Source: Lama guanicoe (taxonomy: Eukaryota). Taken from it: a stretch of DNA of 64,000 nucleotides. The stretch spans positions 4,403,802 to 4,467,801 of the forward strand of contig MU054400.1 in the NCBI GenBank assembly GCA_013239625.1, given 5' to 3'. Shown here one piece after another: positions 1-11,779 of the stretch. Under the pieces are notes generated by a model. That model had not been told where the DNA came from. It worked only from the letters and a program-made list of their open reading frames with translations, and ran no database searches. A program made the translations under genes and the position numbers. Numbering within the stretch: position 1 is the stretch's first letter; each line of letters begins with the position of its first letter.

Positions 1-729
1 CATGGTTCCCAGGATGAAAAACAGAGTTCGGTGGAGAACGCTCCCCCAGCCTCCCTCCACTCTCCTGGCTTCTGCAGGTAGATTCTACAGTATTTGAACA
101 AAGACCCTAAATGAAAAAAATAGGCATCAAAATGCTAAATTTATAAAGTTTTCATTTGATACCTCTTACTTTTGTGAAAACATCTATCTAGTTAGGTTTG
201 CAAACAAATTATAATCCGGGAATCCGAGTGAAGTCACAAGAAACCACAGGGACAGCCTGTCAATCAGGGATGATCCTGGGCCAGCCCGGAAGCAGCCCCT
301 GGAATCCCAGTGAGGCGTGTGTTTGTCTCTTTCTGGAGAAGCAATGAGTTTCCTTATTTGGGCATTTCCTTAAACTGGTTACAGAATTCATTAGTGTCAA
401 ACTCGGATTTAAAAAAAAAAATCATAAAGCAAGAAATAACATTATTTAAGGAATTTAGCCAAAATATAAATCTCTAGAATGGATAGTCTATTTGTTCAAA
501 TAACAGAACCCATCCAATTGTATGATGAAAATTGCTCCCTGCTTACCGCATCCTGGATTTTGGAGCCTTAGAAATGCTTCTCGAGGGATTTCAAAACGTG
601 ACACAGCTGCATGCACAAATCAGCGCATCAAGCACATGGCAAATCTGGGGCATTTGTGGGATATTCTGAACAAGAATTGAACACTGTGTGTGAATTATTT
701 CTGTAATTTCTCCCTCCAAGGTGGAGGGA

Positions 730-885
730 GCTGGGGGAAACGCCCCCTTCCCACTTCCTTCCTAAGGATATCTCCTTTCCGTGCGCGTTCTCTGGCCAGG
801 ATTTGACAACGACCCGCTTTCAGCTCACGTGCTTTCTCTCTGGAACATGAGCTCTGCCACAAACCATCTGATGTGACTCAGACAG
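730..885. promoter_or_regulatory. Candidate enhancer (ETS, E-box and AP-1 motifs in a locally CpG-rich patch)
   Basis: CACTTCC ETS core near 753, CACGTG 826-831 and TGACTCA 874-880 in non-repetitive sequence. Motif evidence only. Confidence 0.3.
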
Positions 886-1132
886 AGGGCCGTCCAGTTA
901 GAGATTTCAAGGATCATGAGCTAAATGAAGGCTCTGAGTTCCAAACCCTGTAATAAAATTACCATATTTAGAAAAGAAAGCCTAAATTTCCTGTCTTTCC
1001 TAAATGAATAATACAATAAACTTTTTTTCAGTCTTTCATATTTCCTTGCTGTGTAATCATTTGCTTTCCCAAACTTTAAACCAGAACCAAATATTCCTTC
1101 ATTCCTGATCTTGCCAGCTAGGACCACCTTAC

Positions 1133-1152
1133 TCAAACCTTCCCAATGCTTC
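1133..1152 (-). other. Candidate 20-nt micro-exon of an unidentified minus-strand gene
   Basis: Minus strand reads tttatttatttatttttttcag|GAAGCATTGGGAAGGTTTGA|gtaagg: U-rich acceptor plus GTAAG donor. Confidence 0.35.
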
Positions 1153-1619
1153 CTGAAAAAAATAAATAAATAAAAGTACCCAATGTGAGGCAAGAAAAAT
1201 CAGTAGCTTTGAACGTGAAAAGTTGCAGACGTCTGAGTCTGATGAGTGCTCGGTGGGCTCTGCATTGCACTTGGAAGTTCCATTTCCATTCAGTGAGCGG
1301 TGAATGCATGGTACTGGGGGTCCTGGGACGTCTGAAAAGCAATACTGCCCATCTCTTCCTCCATTCAGTGCCCACGGTCATGTGACTTTAAACACACTAG
1401 GAGGAAAGAAGTCTAGCAGAGAAAGGAGAGGAGCTTAATCGAGAAAGAGACCAGGGGAGTCTGTCACAGGCAAGAAGGAAAAAATTCATATTTTTAAAAA
1501 ATGATTTATTATTCAAATTATACTCCTTTGCTTTTTAAGAGCGGCCAGGAAAATGAAGTTATTGGTACATTAAATTTTTCCTCTCTGCTGTCATTCCGAT
1601 TTAATTATTGCTCAGACCT

Positions 1620-1830
1620 CTGTAATGGAAACCATGAGGGGCTCAGAGCAGGGTTTCCAGCTTGGAACTTTCTAAATCTGTCCCCGGACAGATGATGGAG
1701 CTGGGACAAGTGACCGTGACCCTCAGAGAGGTGGTTTCTTTATCTAAAACAAGGGATGTTTAATTGCTACATGACAGTGCGGATAAGAAGATGGAATAAA
1801 GTTATAAATGGAACACCAAGTTAATGCAGC
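1620..1830 (+). mobile_element. MIR SINE remnant
   Basis: Degenerate MIR core-like ctgggacaagtgacc...gtttctttatctaaaacaagggatg. Confidence 0.4.
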
Positions 1831-3039
1831 TTGTTAGCTGAGTCCACATTTAATGATCATGTTTTTGAAACTTGATGGTAAGAGAAGGTTCTATTACCTA
1901 CACAGCCCTGAAGCTCAGAGTTGAACTGTTTGAGGTGAACTGATGTGGATTTGAGGAGAAAAGACACTGGCTGGCATCACATCCAAGCTTTGACTGATCT
2001 TCTCTCAGGATGAAGGCAGAGTGAGACGTGGGAGGAGTTCGTCTAGCCATCATGTTGTAGGAGTTTCAGATTTTTCTAGTGACCCAAGAAACGTGGCAAT
2101 ATTTGCAAAGCCTTCCCTAACCATGGGATTTATTTAGACCAGCTTGAAATTGAAAATACCTGCCACGCAGAACTTTGGGGAGCATGGAGAGCAGGTGGGT
2201 CCCCAAATCAAATGGGCTGGAGGTATAGAATTGTATGCTTATTAGCAAGTAAATGTAAGCCTATTTGTCATCTGAAGTCTCATACACCATGAAATAAGTA
2301 GGCGCCAACCCAAGACCCAAGCCAAACACTGAGTTAATCCTGACCTGGCTCACAGCAGTCTGTATGCAGAGCCTTTTAACAAAGTTAAAGTTTTGTTTGT
2401 TTGTTTTTAACAAATGGAGTCTTTTCCAAATGGTATATGGAACCACTGAAACTACATTTTCCCCCTCTGGTTTTTATTCTACCATTGCCTGGACTCCAAG
2501 AACCGGGGCGATGCAGAGAAACCTCTTCCAGAGCATTTATATGCATGCTTTTATAAGCATGGTTTGGCTCGGAAAGTCTTCTGGTCAAGTTGAAGCAGGC
2601 ACTGTGCCAATGACCCCGCGCTCAGCTTACAGCTTTGCGACCTTCATTAGAATCTCTCAGAGTTCTGCTTTCAGAAGAGCAACAGACCCTCTCTAGCGGA
2701 GGGGAGTGAAAACAGCCCCTTTAGACACCACTCATGTATTCTTTCCAGTTCTGATCATAGATTTTGGCAGCAAGAGCCACGCCAAGCTAGAACTTTCACA
2801 GTGGTCAGACTCCGGCTTGCTCCCTCCAGAAGCACGTCCCGGGGGACTGGGTTTCTGCATCAGTCACGTGTCGCCCATATTGATTCCTGGCTCAGCTGTT
2901 CAAGTGACCATCTTAAGGTCGAGGGTATCGGGAGTCAGTATTGATCATGAGACTTGCCACCCTCAGGGTTGGATTTGCTTTGAGGAGAGCACCTTGTGCT
3001 TGCCTGAAGTTGTGCACTTTCCCTGGAGGACTCTCAGGA

Positions 3040-3170
3040 GGGGGGTGGTGTGCGGAGGGCGGGCCGAGCCAGTTCCTGCCCTGGTGTTTGATAGCTTGCC
3101 GGTTAGGAGGGATGCTATAAAAGCCCCACCCCCCGATGTTATGTGGGTGTCACGTAACCATAAAATCTGG
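3040..3170 (+). promoter_or_regulatory. Candidate TATA/GC-box promoter or enhancer
   Basis: GGGCGG 3057-3062, TATAAAAG 3116-3123, CCCCACCC just downstream, GTCACGTAA near 3148. Confidence 0.3.
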
Positions 3171-5740
3171 CCTCTCTGCCACAAATTAACTGGCTCCAGG
3201 TTTAAGACGATCTACAAGGGCTTAAATTTACCTCTCACCTATCTCCGTACCGTGGTCCCACACAATTATCCCTGCAGACTCCTGAACCCATGTGAGCATC
3301 CCGCCACGAGCCATTTTAAAACCACACCGTGTCACGTAATGAAGGCAGTGAGCAGAGAGGTGACACACGGAATTGCTGGCCCTGCTTGAGGGGCACTGCG
3401 GAGAGTTTCAGTGACACTGTTTGCTTTAGTGCTAGACGTTGCCTCAGCTTCGAGGTGTGCTAGCTGTAAATTAGCATCTGAAACAGCACAGCTGTATTCC
3501 TGCTGCTGCGTTTTGGGCCAAGACGAAAGTACGTGTGACTTCTCAGTCTTCTGTCTGGGAGCTGCTATTTGTCACACTGAATTCTGCTGTGGGAACGAAT
3601 GTGGGTCTCCCCTGAATTAGCCCACAGAAGGAACGTGCTGAGATCCCAGCTAACTTTTGGGGTTTGCCCAGAAGCAGACGCCATGGCAAGAATTCCAATG
3701 CAAGAAGGCATGTATTTGGGAGGTGACCACAGGAATCAGCAGGAGAGGAGCAGGGAAACGAGGGAGGGAAGAAAGGCAGTAAAGCATGTGTCGTCAGGCT
3801 CATTTCCACTGTGGGCACTGGAGTGTGACCGCCCTGGGGGCACTGGGAGCCAGGTATCGGCATCCCATCCGACAGGCAAGGGAGCTGGGGTATTGATCCA
3901 CCAGCCCCCTTTAGTCATGGGGTGATGGATGCTTCCAGGAGCTATTAATCCTCTAGGTCCTCTAGCCTGCACTGTCTGCAGGGAGAATGAGGCTCAGAGG
4001 CCAGGCACAATCCCCAGGCAGCAAAATGCACGTACTGACAGGTGGAAGTCATGCCTGTGTGTAAAAATGGTAAGGCTGGGGGGCTGGGGGGCAGAGCAGA
4101 GAGAGTGTCCACAGCATCTGCTCCACTAACTCCACACCCCGGGGACCAGAAAAAATAGCCGGGAAAGCTGAAAGCCTCGTTGAATCTCACAGCTAGCAGG
4201 GACCGAGGAGAGGCTCTTGGTCAGCCCTCCCAGCTCTATACAGATGTACTTTTGAGAGCGGTCATCCAACTCCCACCTCAACACTCCAGTGATGGGCGGC
4301 TCCGACGTCAGAGCTGCCTGTTCCATGGGTAGATGGTTCTAGCTGTTATTCTACTCGATATTTTAATCTCATGTCCAGGTTGTGTTCAAATGGCCATCCA
4401 CTCCAGTTTATTGAACATCTCCTCGGTGCGAGGTGCAGTGTGAGGGATTCACAAGTAACTCCGCCCCTCCAGCTCTCCTGGTTGCGTGACGTGCCCAAGA
4501 GGGGGATGGACAAGCGGATTTTATGCTCGTGCAGCATTTTCGTAGGGCGCCCCGACTGCACCAGATAAGCGCTGCAGGAAAGGGAGTGAGTAGCTCTCCG
4601 TAGGTAGGGAGGGCGAGGCAGTTAGAGGAGGCTTCGCACAGGAGGTGAGAGTGAGCACCAGCGGGAGAGGGTGGGCGAGCTGTACCCGGCACGAGCTCAG
4701 CTGTGCTAAGAGCCACATCAGACACTCAGTTGTCCATCCTCCAAAAAGCATCCATGCCAACAGCAATTCCCACACCTACAAAATGAGTTTCACTGGTGTT
4801 TCAACCAGAGCTCTATTTATAATGGGATCAAACGCACAGCCCTCTTTATGGAGAATGTCAGTCTCTTTTTTTCTACCCAGTTTTCCACCCCTGTCAATTT
4901 CTCAGCCATGTGGCTGCAAATGAGCTCATCCTACGATACCAAGTTCATCTTCCTCTTCATTTTAAGAGGTATTAGGTGCAAACACGGGTACCTAGAAACC
5001 ACCACCAGCTACAGCACATGCAAGTAGATCCTATAAAAAGCAGTTCAAATCAATCACCACTGGTGTGGATGCCCTGTCACTGAAGAGTGCTGACCACCGT
5101 CACTTATTGCATGTGGCTCTCTAGGGAATATGGAAAAGAAGAGGAATCCAAAGGCAGGCCACACAGAGATGACTCTGGAAAACATGCCGGCCAAATGCGG
5201 GTGTGACTGCAGTTTATATGTGCATATGGGTAAACACGCAAATGTGTGTGCAGTGTTTGCTTCTATTTGATCCCAAGAAATGAATCAAACGGTTCGGATA
5301 CTGCTCCCCAAAACAAGAAGTATATATTCAACAATTTTGCGCCATTGTATTTAGAGAGAAAGCAGGCAAAGGAAGCAGGGATCTTACTGTGTAGAGTAAA
5401 AGTTACAAACCAGCTGTTCCGTGGGCCAAATTCAGCCTCCGGGTGTGTTTGGCTTGGCTCACCCGGTGTTCACCCACACAGAGTTTTAAACATGCATTAG
5501 TTGCCTCCTTTGAAAATAAGAATAGTTGAAATCCAAACCCAAGTTTCCAAATTCTCTTGGGATAGCAAAAGCGCTGCTGCTGTGAGCCCACATCTCGCAG
5601 CATCCAGCCGGAGCTGGAAGCTGCTCTCCTCTGGACAGGCATACACTTTCTAGTGGGTCCCGCTCCTGCCCTCCATCCTCTGTGGAAAGTCAGTTATCAG
5701 CTATGTCTTCATCCCTTCTGGCTTCTTTCGTGTACATTAC

Positions 5741-5785
5741 CTGCCTGGTCCCGGTAAACCTTCCAGGTAGCCAGAAGTGAATAAA
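5741..5785 (-). other. Candidate 45-nt exon
   Basis: Minus strand ttcatcttcccttag|TTTATTCAC...GACCAGGCAG|gtaatg. Length is a multiple of 3 and all three frames are open. Confidence 0.2.
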
Positions 5786-6124
5786 CTAAGGGAAGATGAA
5801 TAAACTTTAGGTCCTTAAATTTTATTTTCCAAGGGAGCACATCTCAGGTCACTGGAAAACCGGCAGATTCAGGACACAATGCATTTCATGGTAAGATAAG
5901 CTGGAAATTCCCGGTGTGCACCAGGACAGCAAGTGTCTGGGAAGTCACATTATCTGTCAGCTCGCTTGGCTTTGGCTACAAAATAGGGGACCACCAGGAG
6001 GTTTTCAACAATAGAGGAAATGAGGCATCGGCAAGTTGAATTTGCTAGCAGTGTAATTTCCGTAAAAATAGGGGTTAATGTAAATTAATGAAGCATCATC
6101 GTTATCTTCCATGATTCTCCTCTC

Positions 6125-6260
6125 AGAGTTCTAGAGATGTTCCACCTTGAGCGCCTAGTTTCCTTCGCTAGAAACGGATAATAGCAATACCTTCCCGTTC
6201 TGGTAAGTGGGAAGATTCATGGGATAACGCCTGTGGTAAGTAAATGTTCATTATGCTCAT
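6125..6260 (+). mobile_element. MIR SINE remnant
   Basis: cctagtttccttcgctagaaacggataatagcaatacct resembles the MIR core. Confidence 0.45.
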
Positions 6261-6509
6261 TCACATCTTCTTCTCCCTATTCCTACTATCCGTAGAGTCA
6301 TAAATGTCAAGGTATATGTATGCAGAAACACGGAAAATCCCCCACTTCCTGTGCAATTGGATATAGTCTGTAGAAAATCCTACTCGACCTTTCCCATCCA
6401 GTTCAAACTTTATGTTGTCTGGAATGCGTTTGTAGAGATTCCCCAGGCTAAAACACTGACTTTGCTGTTTGGGGTTATATATTTTTGTCTTCCCAAAGAA
6501 AGAAGATAT

Positions 6510-6638
6510 AGAAAGAGAAGAGAAAGGAAAAGAGAAGGGAAGGAGAAAGAGAAGGGGAGAGAAGAGAAGGGGAGAGAAAAAAAAAAGAAGGGAAGGGAAG
6601 GGAAAAGGAAGGGAAGGGAAGAAGGAAGGAAAGGAGGG
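6510..6638 (+). repeat. Pure-purine GA-rich low-complexity tract
   Basis: 129 bp containing only A/G (GAAGG/GAGAA-type units). Confidence 0.9.
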
Positions 6639-6886
6639 TAAGAACAAATAAATCCCCTTCTCCCAGAGCACAGCAGTGAAAGTAAGGCAGCGTGGCAACT
6701 TAGAAGGAGTTACGAACAGCAGAAGCTCCTTCGAGAACTAGCAGAACAGAGAACTGGCTCTGTCATTTCCCAGAAATGAGAACTGCTACATCAACCCACA
6801 AAATTAGAAGTTTATAACCAAGAATTTAGCCAAAAGAGCCAGCCATTTCTCTTGAGTCCAAAGATTGTCTACAAGAGTTATGTTCA

Positions 6887-7744
6887 GGCAAAACATTATC
6901 TGACATACATTTCAAAAATTTTCTCCTAGAAGAAATAAAAGCAAGAATAAACAAATGGGACCTAATGAAACTTACAAGCTTCTGCAGAGCAAAGGAAACC
7001 AGAAATAAAACAAGAAGAAAACCTACGGAATGGGAGAAAATTTTTGCAAGTGAAACCGACAAAGGCTTGATCTCCAAAATATATAAGCAGCTCATACGAC
7101 TCAATAAGAAAAAAATAAACAACCCAATCCAAAAATGGGCAGAAGACCTAAACAAGCAATTCTCCAAGGAAGACATACAAATGATCAAAAAGCACATGAA
7201 AAAATGTTCAATATCACTAATTATCAGAGAAATGCAAATCAAAACTACAATGAGGTATCACCTCACACCAGTCAGAATGGCCGTCATTCAAAAATCCAAA
7301 AATGACAAATGCTGGAGAGGCTGTGGAGAAAGGGGAACCCTCCTACACTGCTGGTGGGAATGCAGTTTGGTGCAGCCACTATGGAAAACAGTGTGGAGAT
7401 TCCTCAAAAGACTAGGAATAGACTTACCATATGACCCAGGAATCCCACTCCTGGGCTTGTATCCAGAAGGAAATCTACTTCAGGATGACACCTGCACCCC
7501 AATGTTCATAGCAGCACTATTTACAATAGCCAAAACATGGAAACAGCCTAAATGTCCATCAACAGGTGACTGGATAAAGAAGATGTGGTATATTTATACA
7601 ATGGAATACTACTCAGCCATAAAAACCGACAACATCATGCCATTTGCAGCAACATGGATGCTCCTAGAGAATGTCATTCTAAGTGAAGTAAGCCAGAAAG
7701 AGAAAGAAAAATACCATATGAGATCGCTCATATGTGGAATCTAA
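6887..7744 (+). pseudogene. LINE-1 ORF2p C-terminal fragment (5'-truncated, frame uninterrupted)
   Basis: Open from GKTLSDI (6887) through [11 protein letters not shown] and the CCHC motif [18 protein letters not shown] to the natural stop. No endonuclease (EN) or reverse transcriptase (RT) domain. Confidence 0.92.
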
Positions 7745-8017
7745 AGACTCATGGACAGAGAATACAGACTTGTGGTTACCAGGGGGGTAGAGGGTGGGAA
7801 GGGATAGACTGGGATTTCAAAATTGTAGAATAGATAAACAAGATTACACTGTATAGCACAGGGAAATATACACAAAATGTTATGATAAATCACAGAGAAA
7901 AAAATGTGACAATGAGTGTGTATATGTCCATGAATGACTGAAAAATTGTGCTGAACACTGGAATTTGACACAACATTGTAAAATGATTATAAATCAATAA
8001 AAAATGTTAAAAAAAAA
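6887..8017 (+). mobile_element. Young 5'-truncated LINE-1 with perfect 14-bp TSD
   Basis: AAGAGTTATGTTCA at 6873-6886 and 8018-8031; ORF2 3' end, 3' UTR, AATAAA near 7996 and poly(A) tail. Confidence 0.97.
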
Positions 8018-8527
8018 AAGAGTTATGTTCAAACTGTTTTTTACTTTCAACTTGGTTTTCCATCCACGCTATGGCAGAAGGTTCTCTGATATGCCCCTCT
8101 GTAAGTGGTTTGGCCCTCCACCTCTAAAGTCAACAAAGAGGCTCCATAGTAAACGTTGCTGGGAAACCATCACCAAGTGTGGGATGAGGCAACCTGGACA
8201 ATTTCAAGGAACCAGAGAAGGACTCGTTCCACATCAACTTCAAAAACATTAAGATCCTAAGGTTTTGAAGAACCAGGCTACAAATAGAGAAAAAGTGATA
8301 CATAAAGGGACCATCCCTACCCTGTGGAGCTTGTGGCCTAGAGGGGAAGGCAGACAATCAATTCCACAGTTAAGTACAATGCCAGCAAAATGACAACTTT
8401 CATTCAGAAGGATAGCCATGTGGTGCTTTGAGAGTGTGAAACAGGGAATCTGGCCTCATCTTGGAGATCAGAGAAGGCATTCCTGAGAAAGCGAAGTCTA
8501 GATGATGATTAAGAGTTAACCAAATAA

Positions 8528-8713
8528 GGAGGGAGGATATAGCTCAGAGGTAAAGTGCACTGCCTAGCAAGCATGAGGTCCTAGGTTCAATCCCCACTAC
8601 TTCCACTTTTTAAAAAAATGAATTACCTTCCCTATCCCCTTCCTAAAAGTATGCAGTGTATGTCAATGATATCTCAATAAAACTGGAAGGGGAAAAAAGT
8701 TATTAAAACTGAA
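8528..8713 (+). mobile_element. tRNA-derived SINE (vic-1-like) with an extra L1-like 3' tail, 17-bp TSD
   Basis: A box tagctcagaggt and B box ggttcaatcc; AAGAGTTAACCAAATAA at 8511-8527 and 8714-8730. Confidence 0.88.
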
Positions 8714-8730
8714 AAGAGTTAACCAAATAA

Positions 8731-9238
8731 AAGATGGATAAGAGTGTATATATATACAATGGAATATTATTCAGATATTAAAAAGAATGAAATCTTGCTA
8801 TTTGCAGCAACACAGATGAATCTAGAGGATATTATACTAAGTGAAGTAAGTCTGACAGAGAAAGACAAATACTGTATGATCTGACTTATATGTGGGATCT
8901 AAAGAACAAAACAAATGAACAAAACAGAACAGAAAGAGACTCACAGATACAGAGAACAAACTAGTGGTGGCCAAAGGAGAGGGGGTTAGGGTTGGGTGAA
9001 ATAGGTGAAGGAGATGAAGAGGCACAAACCTCATTAATAAAATAAATGAATCATGAAGATATAAGGTACAGCACAAGGAATGTCGTAATATAATATTGTA
9101 ATAGTTTTGTATGGTGACGGATGGTAACTAGACTTATTCTGATGTCCACTTCAAAGTGTACATATATATTGAATCACTATGATATATACCTGAAACTAAT
9201 GTGATAGTTTGTCAATTATACTTTGATTTTTAAAAAAA
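8731..9238 (+). mobile_element. LINE-1 3' end (ORF2 terminus plus 3' UTR)
   Basis: atacaatggaatattattcag...ctaagtgaagtaagtctgacagagaaagacaaatactgtatgat; ends gtcaattatactt plus A tract. Confidence 0.9.
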
Positions 9239-9349
9239 GGAAGCTAGGAGTAAGTTTTCAGGTTCTATATGCACAAGACTTATGGCAAGAGCATCATGAA
9301 TATTCAAGGACCAAAATAAGATGTAGCATAGATGAAGTCAACAGCAAAG

Positions 9350-10050
9350 ACCCAAACTGAAGCACAGAGAGAACAAGATTGGAAGGAACAGAGCAGAGCA
9401 TAAGAGGTGTGGTGACCCAATCGAATGCAGTAGCCTAAATGCAACTTGTGTCTCAGAAGGAGAGGCGAGACTGAGGTCTGGGCAGAAGTCATTTTGAAAC
9501 AATAATACTCAAGAATATTCCAAAATGGATGAAAGACTTCAACTCACCGATTCCAAAAGCTCAGCAAATCCCCCAAATAATTGGATAAACAAATTGTGAT
9601 AGATCCATACAATGAAATTCTATTCAGCAATAAAAAGACATACACTTCTGACACATGCAACAATATGGCAGAGCCTCAAAAGTATTGTGATAAGTGAAAG
9701 AAGACAGTCAAAAAGGCCACATGCTGTACGATTGTATTTACACGACATTCTGAAAGAGGCAAAAGTACTGTGACAGAAATCTGGCCCGCGGTCACCAAGG
9801 CCTGGAGTAGGTAGGAAACTGACTAGAGTGGGTATTAAGGGAACTTTTGGGGGTGACAGACTTTCAACTATTAATAATAGCATGATAAACATGAGCTACA
9901 AAACAAGATCCCTACTAGGATGGGGATTTTATGATATTAATAATGAAAAATCTACAAGAAAACACAGGAGTTTTTCAGAGTTATCCGCTGCTTCATTTTT
10001 GTCCACTTTTAATTTTGTTACATTTTTCTTCAACTGTTGCATTTTCTACA
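9350..10050 (+). mobile_element. Ancient L1 fragments (ORF1-like piece, then L1ME-like 3' end)
   Basis: gaatattccaaaatggatgaaagacttcaac...aagctcagcaaatcc (ORF1-like); ggataaacaaattgtg...ctattcagcaataaaaag (3' end). Confidence 0.7.
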
Positions 10051-10235
10051 AAGTGAATGAAATTATTATAATTAGGGAGAAGACTATTTCTGAACATGAT
10101 GAATATTATTGGTACTGATTATAAAGCACAGTAAACCACGTCCTAATCCATTTACAATCTCTTTTCTAATTTGAAACGTTCTTCTCTGACAAAAGCATGT
10201 TTTCCTTTCACCATCTTTAAACTTCTATATTACTA

Positions 10236-10238
<3 letters not shown>

Positions 10239-10269
<31 letters not shown>
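10239..10269 (+). repeat. (CA)n microsatellite
   Basis: About 15 uninterrupted CA units. Confidence 0.95.
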
Positions 10270-10271
<2 letters not shown>

Positions 10272-10854
10272 AAGGATGTCTTGTATTTGAAAATCTGTGA
10301 CTACAGTCATCACCTCCTATGGGTTTACAGAATTCTTAGCTACATTTTTCACTTACCCCTCAAATAAAGTGAATTTCCAACCTGGTATTTGCACTGCTGG
10401 CTTACATCTGCTTGCAAGATGTTCCAAGTGGAACGTGCAAAGGGAAATGTCAGGACGACACGCAATATAGCAGGTCTGCCTGGTTACCTGGTCCACCCCC
10501 TTCTACTGGCCCAGGTAGAGCAATAAATGCTGCACCTGTGGTTGGCGTGACAGGATGGTGACCCGATGGCTTGACAAGCCTACGGTATGCAGACTAACTA
10601 CTTGGAAAAGAACTTCCTTGAGTGTTACTTGACACCATCCCCTGTTGATTTATGAACACACACACACTCACGCTACCTTGTCCACCGCCACCCCAACCTT
10701 TTAATCATATCAATTTGCTACATCTCAGCAAAGAAAAAGAAAAAAAGAACCAAAACCACTCATGATCCACCAATAGGTCAAAAACACAAAGGTCCACATC
10801 TGCTAAGTCAGGATGGATTCAGTTTGTAAACCACTAACACCTCATTTTCCCCTA

Positions 10855-11280
10855 TTTTATAATCAATGTTTAATTACATAAGAAATAAATGAACATGAGA
10901 ACGTTGACTTAAAAGGAACTTTTGACCACCTTCCCCCAATTTCAGTCCCTCTCTCCGTCCCACAGAGAGTTTGGGGTTTGGGGTTAAGGCTTCCAGGCCT
11001 CGACACAGAACAGAACAGAAAGTACCGCGTGGCCTCTTGAGGGTTTTTCTGTTTTCTCTCTCTCTTTACATAAATGGTTTCATACTGCAGTTATCATGCT
11101 GCAACTTGCTGATTTTTTTTTCTTTTTTGAGCTCTCTTCCAGGTTAATTACTTGTTTTAACTGCTGTAGACAATCCCATCATTTAAATACACCACATTTT
11201 ATTTATCCGTTCTCTTTGACAGACACTTGGGTTATTCACCATCACAAATACTGCTGCAACGAACATAGTCATACCTGACG
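10855..11280 (-). mobile_element. Ancient L1 3' remnant
   Basis: ataccacattttatttatccgttctctttgacagacacttgggtt-type antisense L1M sequence. Confidence 0.6.
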
Positions 11281-11779
11281 CCCCCAGCCCAAGCTCCTCC
11301 CATCCATTCAGGGCCAGGATGGGCCACTGTCACCACCCTGAAATGTCAGGGAACTTGGCAATCACACTGCGTGGGGTCTCAATTTCAGTTCTCCCATCAC
11401 CCGGACGTTGGTGAAGCAGGGTCCTGGGGGTGCTTGTGGCCACATCACTCCCCAGGAATCTCCCTCTGGGTGGAACAGACAAGCTAACAGGAGAAACAGA
11501 GTCATCTCCTCCACCACGACTGCTCTAATGCAGATCTACGCTCATAGACAGACTCAAATGCAACATGTCATTATTCCTCCTAAACTCTGAAAACCCACCT
11601 AAAGGCAGTATAGTATTTATCATTCCCTCCCCGTAGCCCCCGGCTGAGGAGGGCGTCCCAGACTCTCAGCCCACCGAAGGGGCTTGGAGGAGTGGGCAGG
11701 GGCCCTCAGGGAGTTCTTGCTGGAGATAGAGTGATTTTTAAAAACTACCAGGGCTGGAGGTCCAGTCTGACTCTGTTCC

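Larger units (their letters stand above)
8290..9345 (-). mobile_element. L2 remnant interrupted by a SINE and an L1
   Basis: L2-type cagagaaggcattcctgagaaagcgaag before 8527; resumes near 9240 (tatgcacaagacttatggcaagagcatcatgaatattcaagga). Confidence 0.6.

Noticed and set aside
70..295. Possible hAT-Blackjack fragment
   Set aside because: Resemblance too weak to call by eye.
2706..3389. 227-aa ORF, the longest non-transposon ORF
   Set aside because: GTG start, no recognisable domain or exon boundaries, and it overlaps regulatory-looking GC-rich sequence.
6261..6698. F/S/P-rich and K/R/E-rich ORFs
   Set aside because: Translations of the purine tract.
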